64,000 nt of DNA. It comes from Candidatus Falkowbacteria bacterium GW2011_GWF2_43_32. Its GTDB lineage: Bacteria; Patescibacteriota; Patescibacteriia; Patescibacteriales; UBA12465. The stretch is from contig LCGL01000001.1 in the NCBI GenBank assembly GCA_000999715.1, positions 323,139-387,138 of the forward strand, written 5' to 3'. The translations under genes and the position numbers were made by a program. Below the pieces are notes generated by a model. It ran no database searches. It saw only the letters and a program-made list of their open reading frames with translations, and had not been told where the DNA came from. This document shows, in pieces, positions 15,664 through 24,412 of this stretch (positions within the stretch are counted from its first letter, which is position 1; every line of letters begins with the position of its first letter).

Positions 15664-16419
15664 ATGAACAACCTTTTTACAAGTATTTTTTATCAACCGA
15701 TTCTTAATTTATTGGTCTTTTTATACAATACCGTTTCTTTCCATGACCTGGGCGTATCCATTGTTTTGTTGACCGCGATCATCAAATTGGTTTTTTGGCC
15801 CCTGGGAAAATCATCCATTAAATCTCAAAAAGCTTTACAAGACTTACAACCGAAATTGGAGGAGTTGAAAAAAACCTATGCCGGTGATAAAGCCGGGTTG
15901 AGCCGGGCCACTATGGATTTGTATAAGGAAAATAAAGTTAATCCTTTTTCTTCTTGTTTGCCCTTGTTAATTCAATTACCTTTCTTGTGGGCGGTGTACC
16001 GCGTTTTTCGCGATGGCGTAAATAATAAACTGGACTTGGTTTATTCTTTTATTACTCGACCGGAAACGATGAATGTTATTTCTTTCGGACTCTGGGATTT
16101 ATCTCAGCGCAGTATTGCCTTGGCGATTTTAGCCGGGCTGGCTCAATTTTGGCAAGCAAAGATGTTGATGTCCAAAAAACCGGTTGTGACCACTCCCGGA
16201 TCTAAAGATGAAAGCATGGCCGCCATCATGAATAAGCAAATGCTTTATTTTATGCCGGCCATTACCGTTTTTATCGGCCTTTCTCTTCCGGCTGGCCTGA
16301 CTTTATATTGGTTTTTCTTTACTTTGTTTACCGCTTTACAGCAAGTGCTCACTTTTCGTGAAAAAAATACTCCGGAAAACCGGAGTAAAAACACCATTGA
16401 GGGTGAGTTGATAAAATAA
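15664..16419 (+). CDS. yidC: YidC/Oxa1-family membrane protein insertase (short form)
   Basis: 251 aa with multiple TM segments. It has the K...LQP....K motif and sits in the conserved position after yidD. Confidence 0.85.
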   Translation: MNNLFTSIFYQPILNLLVFLYNTVSFHDLGVSIVLLTAIIKLVFWPLGKSSIKSQKALQDLQPKLEELKKTYAGDKAGLSRATMDLYKENKVNPFSSCLPLLIQLPFLWAVYRVFRDGVNNKLDLVYSFITRPETMNVISFGLWDLSQRSIALAILAGLAQFWQAKMLMSKKPVVTTPGSKDESMAAIMNKQMLYFMPAITVFIGLSLPAGLTLYWFFFTLFTALQQVLTFREKNTPENRSKNTIEGELIK

Positions 16420-16459
16420 ATAGTCAGCTATTTTAAAACGACCGGAATTCCGGTCGTTT

Positions 16460-17287
16460 TTAGTTAGAGGAAGAATCGGGAGCGGTCTCTCCGGAAACAG
16501 CCGTTTCTGAGGGCGGAGTTGTTTGGGAGGTTGAAGTGGCGACAGAGTCGGCCGGACTATCAGTGTTGTCTGTGGCGGGCGTTGAGGTGGCGGTAACACC
16601 GACCAGACAGACGGCCTGCCAGGGCACGTAGTGAGAACTGAAGCGTCGTTCTTGGACGGAGGTGGTGGTGGCTCCCTCCGGATAAACCACGGTGTAATCA
16701 AAATAAGCGTCGGCGCCGTTATGAGAGCTTTCCGTGCATTTTTTTTCTCCCGGCGCCAGATCCGTGGTTTCAATTATTTTTGTCGGTTCCGGTTTGACTA
16801 TATTGTAAATTACCGGAGTAGTGGTAGTTACCAGGCGACCGTCTCGTACTCCCCAAAAATCAAAATATAAATCGTCTTGAACAATGCGCGATTGAATAAG
16901 AATGTAATTACCGGTATCGTTTATGAAGCGAAAATCCGGAGCGGGATCGTAAATTGTTGCGTCTGTTCCGGCCGGCTCGTAGTAAGAAACGCGATAAGAA
17001 TGGTTGCGGCGAGCGGTTACCGGCAGTCCCGAGGCTAAAACGGTACGGAAGAGAGTGGTGCCGATTTGGCATAATCCGCCGCCGAATTCCGGAATGGTTT
17101 TATTGTCTTTGATAACCAACTCCGGCAAATATCCGGTTTCACCGGTGATTTCTCCCAGAGCTTTTAACAGTGAAAATTCTTCACCGGGCTTGATTAACAA
17201 ACCGTGTAAAGCTTTCGCGCCGACATTTATATTATGGCGGCGGTTGGCGGGAGAGCCGGCGAAGCGCGAAGAGCCGGTGCCGACCAC
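16460..17287 (-). CDS. VanW-family protein, C-terminal part (VanW domain plus S/T/P-rich tail); apparently split from 17293..18375
   Basis: The GGGLCQ..TTLF......GLP...R..HS core is the VanW domain. The reading frame stays open upstream of the listed start and reads ...ADNDFQIKEVVGTGSSRFAGS, which continues the upstream ORF in another frame. Confidence 0.6.
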   Translation of the reverse strand: MVGTGSSRFAGSPANRRHNINVGAKALHGLLIKPGEEFSLLKALGEITGETGYLPELVIKDNKTIPEFGGGLCQIGTTLFRTVLASGLPVTARRNHSYRVSYYEPAGTDATIYDPAPDFRFINDTGNYILIQSRIVQDDLYFDFWGVRDGRLVTTTTPVIYNIVKPEPTKIIETTDLAPGEKKCTESSHNGADAYFDYTVVYPEGATTTSVQERRFSSHYVPWQAVCLVGVTATSTPATDNTDSPADSVATSTSQTTPPSETAVSGETAPDSSSN

Positions 17288-17292
17288 TTCTT

Positions 17293-18375
17293 TTATTTGA
17301 AAATCATTATCGGCCGTAAATCCAGTTCCCTTTCGGCGGTAAAAATTATTTCGGCTATTTTGGTAATAGTCAGTTCTTGATTTATTTGTCGACCATTTTC
17401 TCCCACCTGCCAGCTGGTTACTCGATCATTTTTCATTTCAAAGCGCGGTCGGACGGCCTCTTTATTTACTTCGGGAGAAACGACGTCGTTCAGATATTGT
17501 TTAATTTTTTCCGAATTCAAAGACAAGGTTGCTCGGTCGTTGTTTTTTTGCGCGCCTAACCAGCCGATCAACTCGGTCGGTGTTATTTTCCAATATTTGG
17601 CCGTACTAGTGCCTTTTTCCGGTTCAAAAAAACGTAAGACCAGTTCTCCGCCGCTAAGAATGTTTTGTGCGCGCTCTTCTTGGCCGATTAAATCTTCTTG
17701 TCTGACCGTCGGATATTGAGTTTTGGTTTTAACTGCAATGATTTCATTTTTCAGGTTTTCCAAATTGGCGGAGAGTTCCGTTAAAATCGCCGCGTAGTTG
17801 ATTTCTTTGCCCAATTTTTCCGGACGAACTTCCAAGCGGAAATCGTTATCTTCGTTTTGCTTGTCAGTTACGGCGAAATAAGCGTCCGACGATGTTATGT
17901 TGAGCTCCGTAAAATTATCAGTTAAAAATTTGTTTATTCTCTCCGCATCCAAAGTGTAAAGAGCTTTGATTTTTTGTGAAGCTTGCGGACGGAAACGAGC
18001 GGATAAATAGGTAAAAAAATTGCGATCGGAAGGTTCTCCAAAAGCCGCCAGGGCGGTTTCGGCGGGATGAAAGGCTAATGAGAGATAAGAAAGATCGGAG
18101 TCAAAAGAGGCCACGGCCGGTGTCAGGGTGGCCGTTTTTTGTCCGGCCTGAAAAACTAAGCCGACGGTTTCTATTTTTTGCATTTCTTCGGTCAGCACTA
18201 TTTTGGCTTCATCCAAAGTCAATCCGCTTAATTCCGTTTCGCCGACCCTTACCCCGGGGTAAATCCGAGTGATATATTTATTTTTCCAAATCGAATAGTT
18301 AAGAATCAAAAAAAGAGCCAATAAAAAAATCGCCAAGAAGGAGATAATTTTAATTACTCGGGACTTCTTTTCCAT
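17293..18375 (-). CDS. VanW-family protein, N-terminal part (TM anchor plus YoaR-like region)
   Basis: 360 aa with an N-terminal TM segment. It ends 5 nt before the VanW-domain ORF, which is in a different frame. Confidence 0.55.
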   Translation of the reverse strand: MEKKSRVIKIISFLAIFLLALFLILNYSIWKNKYITRIYPGVRVGETELSGLTLDEAKIVLTEEMQKIETVGLVFQAGQKTATLTPAVASFDSDLSYLSLAFHPAETALAAFGEPSDRNFFTYLSARFRPQASQKIKALYTLDAERINKFLTDNFTELNITSSDAYFAVTDKQNEDNDFRLEVRPEKLGKEINYAAILTELSANLENLKNEIIAVKTKTQYPTVRQEDLIGQEERAQNILSGGELVLRFFEPEKGTSTAKYWKITPTELIGWLGAQKNNDRATLSLNSEKIKQYLNDVVSPEVNKEAVRPRFEMKNDRVTSWQVGENGRQINQELTITKIAEIIFTAERELDLRPIMIFK

Positions 18376-18398
18376 AGAAGTGTTTGCTTGATGCCGGC

Positions 18399-18818
18399 CT
18401 AGTCTTTTATTTTGACTTTAATTTGGCCGGGATTGTTTTTATAAAGAGTGACGGTCAGAATGCCGTCTTCTAATTCCGCTTCAATGCGTTTGGAATCCAC
18501 TTCCGCCGGAAGAATAATGGAGCGTGAGAAAGAGCCCCAATAACATTCTTTATAGAGATAATCCTCTTCTTTTATTTCTTTGGCGGATGAACGGCTTCCT
18601 TTAATGGTCAAAAGATCGTGATGCAGGGAAATTTTTAGGTCTTCCGGTTTAACGCCGGCGATGGTGGATTTAATGATAATTTTTTTGTCCGCCTGGTAAA
18701 CGTCAATTGCCAACTGTCCTTCGGTTTCCATTTCATCGCGATCCAGCCAGCCCGCCGGCGGAATTGATTCGGCTTCGGCGCGTAAATTGATTTTTTTATT
18801 TTTTTTAGGGAAAAACAT
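18399..18818 (-). CDS. Hsp20/alpha-crystallin small heat-shock protein
   Basis: 139 aa with the alpha-crystallin domain pattern and the C-terminal GILTVTL.K motif. Confidence 0.85.
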   Translation of the reverse strand: MFFPKKNKKINLRAEAESIPPAGWLDRDEMETEGQLAIDVYQADKKIIIKSTIAGVKPEDLKISLHHDLLTIKGSRSSAKEIKEEDYLYKECYWGSFSRSIILPAEVDSKRIEAELEDGILTVTLYKNNPGQIKVKIKD

Positions 18819-18909
18819 ATTTTTTTATTCTGTATATAATTTACCAATAATCGGGCAAAAAGTAAATGATCTTTACAAAAACACGTCGGTTTAAGACGTG
18901 TTTTTAGGG

Positions 18910-18983
<74 letters not shown>

Positions 18984-18991
18984 TCTTCCTG

Positions 18992-19065
18992 TGCGCCTAG
19001 ATGGACTTGAACCATCGACCCCCGCTTTATAAGAGCGGTGCTCTAACCACCTGAGCTATAGGCGC
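18992..19065 (-). tRNA. tRNA-Ile with anticodon UAU
   Basis: Read as GCGCCTA-TA-GCTC-AGGTGGTTA-GAGC-A-CCGCT-CTTATAA-AGCGG-GGGTC-GATGG-TTCAAGT-CCATC-TAGGCGC-A. The anticodon loop CTTATAA gives U34 A35 U36. Confidence 0.75.
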
Positions 19066-19098
19066 ATTCGGCGTTGGACTGCAATTTATTTTATACCA

Positions 19099-20241
19099 TT
19101 ATGAAGTTAATTTATCAAGTTTGTTTCGCAAATTGACGACAACTTCCACCGTGGCCGTTTCTAGGTCTTGATTGATTAGGGCTTGAGCAATTTTTATCGT
19201 GCCTCGGGCCGCATATTCTTTGATAAAATCAAGAGCATTGATGTTTTTAAGAGAATAAATCAATAATTTGGTTTTATCGGTGGCCTCTTCCCGCAAGATG
19301 GCGACGATTTTGGCGCTGGGAACATTGGCGATCAATTCGTCCACGATTTCCGTTAATTTATCGTCGGCGGTATCGACTCCTTGGCAATCAAGCGCGCTTA
19401 AGCGGGACCATAAAAATTCTCCGTTCCTTTCCGATTTGAGATTGGACAGCACTTTCCCCCATAATTTCAGAGAAACGAAATCTCGGGAACGATATAGATG
19501 GTTGACTATTTCTTCGCGTCGGGCGCCGAGAGAAATAAGCTGAGAAGTGGTCAGCAAGGTGCGCGGCGTCAAGTTTGCGGTTTTGAAGTTTTTGGTTTCT
19601 AAAATTATTCCCGCCAACAAACAAGAGGCGATATCCTCGTCGATTAATTGCGGTTTATAATTTTTTAACAGATAAAAAAGAATTTCCGCCGTAGCGACCG
19701 CGTTTAGGTCCACAAAATTTATTTGTCCGAAGTCTTCGTTGGCGGAGCGATGATCGATATTAACGATGGTTGTTTTATAAAAAAATTCCACGTTATCGTC
19801 ATAGATTTTTCCTAGCGCTTCCAGGTCGCTGGTACCGAGAGCAAGAATTAAATCATATTTGAATTCTCCGGCGCGTGTCGTAACGTCCTCCGATTTAAAC
19901 CAGCCGCTGGCCGGAGAAATGATAAAATTCAATTGCTCTCTGTCTACGGTGTATTTGATTTGATTAACCTTGGACTGGCTGATATTCAGAGAAACGATGA
20001 AACGACGCAAATTATGAAGATCGTCCCGAATTTCGGTGCTGGCCGGCAAGAAAGATAAAAGTTTGTTTTTTCCTTTATTGTTCGCGCCGACAATTTCCAC
20101 TTCTTTCCCCAGTTTTTTTAAAAATAAGAAAAAAGCCAAAGCCGAGGCGGTGGTGTCGCCGCTCTGATCGGCCGGAAAAACAAGCAAAATATTTTTTGAT
20201 TTTTCCAGTTGGCGAAAAATTTGTTGTTCTAAATCAAGCAT
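19099..20241 (-). CDS. DHH/DHHA1-family phosphoesterase (NrnA-like)
   Basis: Motifs DGD(T)..SALA, the IDHR-type NIDHRS motif and a C-terminal DHHA1-like region. I prefer the ATG at 20241 (MLDLEQQ...) over the longer start in the track. Confidence 0.65.
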   Translation of the reverse strand: MLDLEQQIFRQLEKSKNILLVFPADQSGDTTASALAFFLFLKKLGKEVEIVGANNKGKNKLLSFLPASTEIRDDLHNLRRFIVSLNISQSKVNQIKYTVDREQLNFIISPASGWFKSEDVTTRAGEFKYDLILALGTSDLEALGKIYDDNVEFFYKTTIVNIDHRSANEDFGQINFVDLNAVATAEILFYLLKNYKPQLIDEDIASCLLAGIILETKNFKTANLTPRTLLTTSQLISLGARREEIVNHLYRSRDFVSLKLWGKVLSNLKSERNGEFLWSRLSALDCQGVDTADDKLTEIVDELIANVPSAKIVAILREEATDKTKLLIYSLKNINALDFIKEYAARGTIKIAQALINQDLETATVEVVVNLRNKLDKLTS

Positions 20242-20361
20242 TTTTTCAATTTTAAACCGTCCACCCCGGCAATCAGGGCGACCTTTCAATATATAGTTAT
20301 TCGCGGCTAAAGTCAAGATAATCGCATTGACTTAAAGGTCTTTTTTTGGTAATTTTAAAGT

Positions 20362-23004
20362 ATGAAACAAGACTTGGATAAGATTTATAACCCCGGAGAG
20401 AACGAGGATCAAATTTATGAAAAATGGGAAAAATCCGGCTATTTTAACCCGGATAATTTAAATTTGTCCGCGAAAGCGCCGAATTACACCATTGTCCTGC
20501 CGCCGCCGAATATTACCGACAAATTGCACATGGGCCATGCGGCCACAGTGGCGATTGAAGATTTATTGATTCGCTATCATCGTTTGTCCGGTTTTAGAAC
20601 TTTATGGTTGCCCGGCACCGATCATGCCGCGATCGCCACTCAAAATGTTGTCGAAAAAAAACTGTGGCGCGAACGGAACAAAACTCGGCATGATTTGGGA
20701 CGCGAGAAATTTCTGGAAGAAGTTTGGGCTTTTCTGAAAGTGACGCAAGGCAAGATTCTGCATCAAACCCGGAAACTGGGAGCGTCTTTGGATTGGTCGC
20801 GCATCGCCTTTACTCTGGACGAACCGCGTCGCCTGGCCGTCCGAACCATGTTTAAGGAGATGTACGACGAGGGGATTATTTATCGCGGAGAAAGAATCGT
20901 CAACTGGTGTCCGCGTTGTCATTCCACTTTAGCCGACGATGAAGTGGAATATCAGGAACAGTCCGCGAAATTATATACTTTTCAATATGATAAAGATTTT
21001 CCGATTGCCATTTCCACTACCCGCCCGGAAACTAAATTGGGCGATACGGCTGTGGCAGTTAATCCCAAAGACGAACGTTATAAAAAATATATCGGTCAAG
21101 AACTTGACGTTGATTTTTGCGGTCAAAAATTGAAGATAAAAATTATTGCCGATCGCAACGTTGAAGCCTCTTTCGGCACGGGAGCGTTGGGGGTTACGCC
21201 GGCGCACTCTTTGATTGACGAACAGATGGCGCGAGAAAACGATTTGCCGATTATTAAAGTTATCAACGAAGATGGGTTGATTCATTCCGGTTTCGGACAA
21301 TATTCCGGTCTGAGCGTCGCGGCCGCTCGGGAAAAAATAGTGGCCGAATTGATTAAGCGCGGATTATTGAAAAAAGAAGAAGACATCAATAACAATTTAT
21401 CGGTTTGTTATCGTTGTGCCACGCCGATAGAGCCGCTGCCTTCGCGGCAATGGTTTATTTCCGTGGATAAAAAATTGAAACGATTAGGCAATCTTTCCTT
21501 GAAGGAGCGAGCGCTAGAAGCCGTGCGAACGGATGATTTAAAAATAATTCCCGCCCGATTTACGAAAAGATATTCTGATTGGATGAGCAATTTACACGAT
21601 TGGTGCATTTCCCGACAAATTTGGTTCGGACATCAGATTCCGGTTTGGTATCAAGGAGAGAAAATTTTTGTCGGTTCGGAGGCGCCGGACGGCGCAGGCT
21701 GGACGCAAGATCCCGACACCTTGGATACTTGGTTTTCTTCCGGCATGTGGACTTTTTCCACTCTCGGTTGGCCGGAAAATTATAAAAATGGCCGAAAAAG
21801 CGGAGATTTAAGCAAATTTCATCCGACGCAGATGTTGGAAACCGGATATGAGATTTTAACTCTCTGGGTGTCGCGCATGGTGATGATGTCCTTTTTCGCT
21901 TTAGGTGAAGTTCCGTTCGAAAAAGTTTATTTGCATGGTATGGTTTTGGATGAAAACGGCAAGAAAATGTCCAAGTCCAAAGGTAACGGCGTGGACCCTT
22001 TGGATATTATCGCCAAGTTCGGTGCCGATGCGGCGCGACTTTCCCTTTTGATGGGGGCCACTCCCGGAAACGATTCTCGGTTCAGCGAAGAACGGGTGGA
22101 GGCGAAAAGGAATTTTATCAATAAATTTTGGAATATCGCTCGGTTTATCATCGGTAATATCGATGCAACATATTTATCGGCTGCACCCGATCGGTTGCCC
22201 GACGGTAAAACGGCGGCGGACATTTGGATTTTGGAAGAGTTCGCCAATTTGATCGAAAGAACGACCGCATTTTTGGATAATTTTGATTTTTCTCTCGCCG
22301 CCGAAGAGCTGACTCAATTCACCAAAGAGACGCTGGCCGATTGGTATTTGGAAATCGCTAAATTTGAAAAAGATAAAGAAGAAATTCTTGTTTATTTGTT
22401 AAAAAACCTTTTGATTCTCTGGCACCCTTTTATTCCTTTCGTGACCGAAAAAATTTGGAGCTCTTGGAATGAAGCCGAAGACCATTTGCTGATGGTCAGT
22501 CATTGGCCGAAAAAGACGGGCTCAAAAAAAACCAAAAAGATTCAACAAAATTCGGCCGACTTTCGAAAAGTAATTCGCTTGATTCAAAAAATCAGGGAGT
22601 TGCGGGCGGAACATAAAATTGAACCGGGAAAGAAATTGCAGGCGGTTATTCGCGCGGGTCGGGAGCATGCGCTGATCAAGGAGCAGGAGCTGTTGATTAA
22701 AAGTTTGCGCACCGGCATCGCCGGTTTAGAAATTACGGTTGACGGCCCCGGTCCCGAAGGCGCGATTGTCGGCTTGAGCGACGATTTGGAAATATATTTG
22801 CTTGGCGCCGTCGATGAAGAAAAAGAAAAAGCGCGCTTGGCCAAAGAAAAAGAAAATCTAAAAAAACTGATTGCCGGTCAAAAAAATAAATTGGCCAATA
22901 GCGATTTTGTGTCTCGAGCCCCGGAAAAAATCGTGGCCGCCGAAAAAGATAAATTGGCCGGCTATGAAGCGGCCTGGGAAAAGATAAATAAAATTAATTT
23001 ATGA
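20362..23004 (+). CDS. valS: valyl-tRNA synthetase
   Basis: 880 aa with the HIGH-type motif (PNITDKLHMGHA), KMSKS and a C-terminal coiled coil. Confidence 0.95.
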   Translation: MKQDLDKIYNPGENEDQIYEKWEKSGYFNPDNLNLSAKAPNYTIVLPPPNITDKLHMGHAATVAIEDLLIRYHRLSGFRTLWLPGTDHAAIATQNVVEKKLWRERNKTRHDLGREKFLEEVWAFLKVTQGKILHQTRKLGASLDWSRIAFTLDEPRRLAVRTMFKEMYDEGIIYRGERIVNWCPRCHSTLADDEVEYQEQSAKLYTFQYDKDFPIAISTTRPETKLGDTAVAVNPKDERYKKYIGQELDVDFCGQKLKIKIIADRNVEASFGTGALGVTPAHSLIDEQMARENDLPIIKVINEDGLIHSGFGQYSGLSVAAAREKIVAELIKRGLLKKEEDINNNLSVCYRCATPIEPLPSRQWFISVDKKLKRLGNLSLKERALEAVRTDDLKIIPARFTKRYSDWMSNLHDWCISRQIWFGHQIPVWYQGEKIFVGSEAPDGAGWTQDPDTLDTWFSSGMWTFSTLGWPENYKNGRKSGDLSKFHPTQMLETGYEILTLWVSRMVMMSFFALGEVPFEKVYLHGMVLDENGKKMSKSKGNGVDPLDIIAKFGADAARLSLLMGATPGNDSRFSEERVEAKRNFINKFWNIARFIIGNIDATYLSAAPDRLPDGKTAADIWILEEFANLIERTTAFLDNFDFSLAAEELTQFTKETLADWYLEIAKFEKDKEEILVYLLKNLLILWHPFIPFVTEKIWSSWNEAEDHLLMVSHWPKKTGSKKTKKIQQNSADFRKVIRLIQKIRELRAEHKIEPGKKLQAVIRAGREHALIKEQELLIKSLRTGIAGLEITVDGPGPEGAIVGLSDDLEIYLLGAVDEEKEKARLAKEKENLKKLIAGQKNKLANSDFVSRAPEKIVAAEKDKLAGYEAAWEKINKINL

Positions 23005-23390
23005 CTTTGAAAAGTTATTTGTCGGTGATGGCCGTTTTAACCGCTTTTTGTTGGGGTATTTTCTTGTTCGTCGCCAGGCTGGTTGATCCGACGGCGACCA
23101 ATTGGCTGGGGTTCTTGTTGTTTTATTTGGCCCTGTTCGCTTCTTTGAGCGGAACTGGCGCTCTGGCGGGGTTCGTGATTCGCTTTGTGGCTTTAAAAAA
23201 GGAATTGGCCTTTAATCTGGTTAAAATCGCTTTTCGCCAATCTTTCTTGTTTTCCTTATTTATCATTTTTCTTTTGATTTTGAAGTCACAGCACTTGTTC
23301 AATTGGTTGAACTTGTCTTTGTTGATAATAATTTTTACGATTTTTGAATTATTTTTAATTAGTTATAAGAAAAACCGTTATGAAAAATAA
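23001..23390 (+). CDS. hypothetical integral membrane protein
   Basis: 129 aa with 3-4 TM segments. It is translationally coupled between valS and pheS. Confidence 0.5.
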   Translation: MTLKSYLSVMAVLTAFCWGIFLFVARLVDPTATNWLGFLLFYLALFASLSGTGALAGFVIRFVALKKELAFNLVKIAFRQSFLFSLFIIFLLILKSQHLFNWLNLSLLIIIFTIFELFLISYKKNRYEK

Positions 23391-24408
23391 ATTGCAAAAA
23401 TTGCGAGACGATTTTTTGCGGCAATTGTCGACGGTTGATACGAGCGAGCGTTTGCGCGATTTGGAGCTTAAATATCTTTCTCGCAAGGGAGAGCTTAGCG
23501 AGATAATGCATGAATTGAAAAATTTAAGCGGAGAATTGAAAAGAGATATCGGCGGATTGGCCAATGCCGTCAAAACGGAATTGCAGGATAAGTTTACGGA
23601 AGCGCGACGTCTTTTGGATAAGCGCTCCGGAGGCGAACGGATGACGGACGTCAGTTTGCCGGGAGAAAAAATTATTAACGGGCACTTGAATCCGATCACC
23701 CTGGTTCAAAACGAATTGGAAGATTTGTTTACTTCCTTGGGCTTTATGGTTTTGGACGGTCCGGAATTGGAGAGCGATTATTATAATTTTACCGCCTTGA
23801 ACCTTTCGCCGGATCATCCGGCGCGCGATATGCAAGACACTTTCTATATTGATTATAAAAATAAGAGCGGACAATATGATTTGTTGATGCGGACACAAAC
23901 CTCGCCGGTGCAAATACGGGCGATGAGAAAATATGGCGCACCGTTGAAGGCCATCATTCCCGGGCGCTGTTTCCGCAACGAATCTACCGACGCTCGCCAT
24001 GAACACACCTTTTATCAAGTGGAAGGAATTTTGGTCGACAAGAATATCAATTTTGCCAATTTAAAAAGTTTTTTGGAAATTGTCGGTCAGAAATTATTCG
24101 GTCCGGACACTAAACTGCGGATGCGTCCCAAGTTTTTTCCTTTCGTGGAGCCGGGAAATAATGGTGAATATTCTTGTTTTTTATGCGGAGGAAAAGGTTG
24201 TCGCGTTTGTAAAAATACCGGTTGGCTGGAAATTGTCGGCGCCGGATTGATTCATCCCGATGTTTTGCGCGCCGGCGGCATCGACCCGGAGGTTTATTCC
24301 GGCCTGGCGTTCGGTTTCGGTTTAAATCGTTTGGCGATGCTTAAATATAGCATTAATGACGTCCGCTTGTTTAATAGCGGCGACCTCAAATTTTTAGAAC
24401 AATTTTAA
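23380..24408 (+). CDS. pheS: phenylalanyl-tRNA synthetase alpha subunit
   Basis: 342 aa with class II motifs (HPARDMQDTFY, FRNE..D..H...F.Q.EG). It is followed by pheT. Confidence 0.95.
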   Translation: MKNKLQKLRDDFLRQLSTVDTSERLRDLELKYLSRKGELSEIMHELKNLSGELKRDIGGLANAVKTELQDKFTEARRLLDKRSGGERMTDVSLPGEKIINGHLNPITLVQNELEDLFTSLGFMVLDGPELESDYYNFTALNLSPDHPARDMQDTFYIDYKNKSGQYDLLMRTQTSPVQIRAMRKYGAPLKAIIPGRCFRNESTDARHEHTFYQVEGILVDKNINFANLKSFLEIVGQKLFGPDTKLRMRPKFFPFVEPGNNGEYSCFLCGGKGCRVCKNTGWLEIVGAGLIHPDVLRAGGIDPEVYSGLAFGFGLNRLAMLKYSINDVRLFNSGDLKFLEQF

Positions 24409-24412
24409 ATCT

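Noticed and set aside
16336-16773. 145-aa Pro/Arg-rich minus-strand ORF
   Set aside because: It is an alternative frame of the VanW C-terminal region and overlaps the yidC 3' end. Its composition is low-complexity.
20317-20361. T-box or other riboswitch leaders upstream of valS, pheS and trpS
   Set aside because: The upstream gaps (45 nt for valS, an overlap for pheS, and about 100 nt for trpS, mostly occupied by the tmRNA-like terminator) are too short for a T-box. I also saw no specifier or T-box motif.
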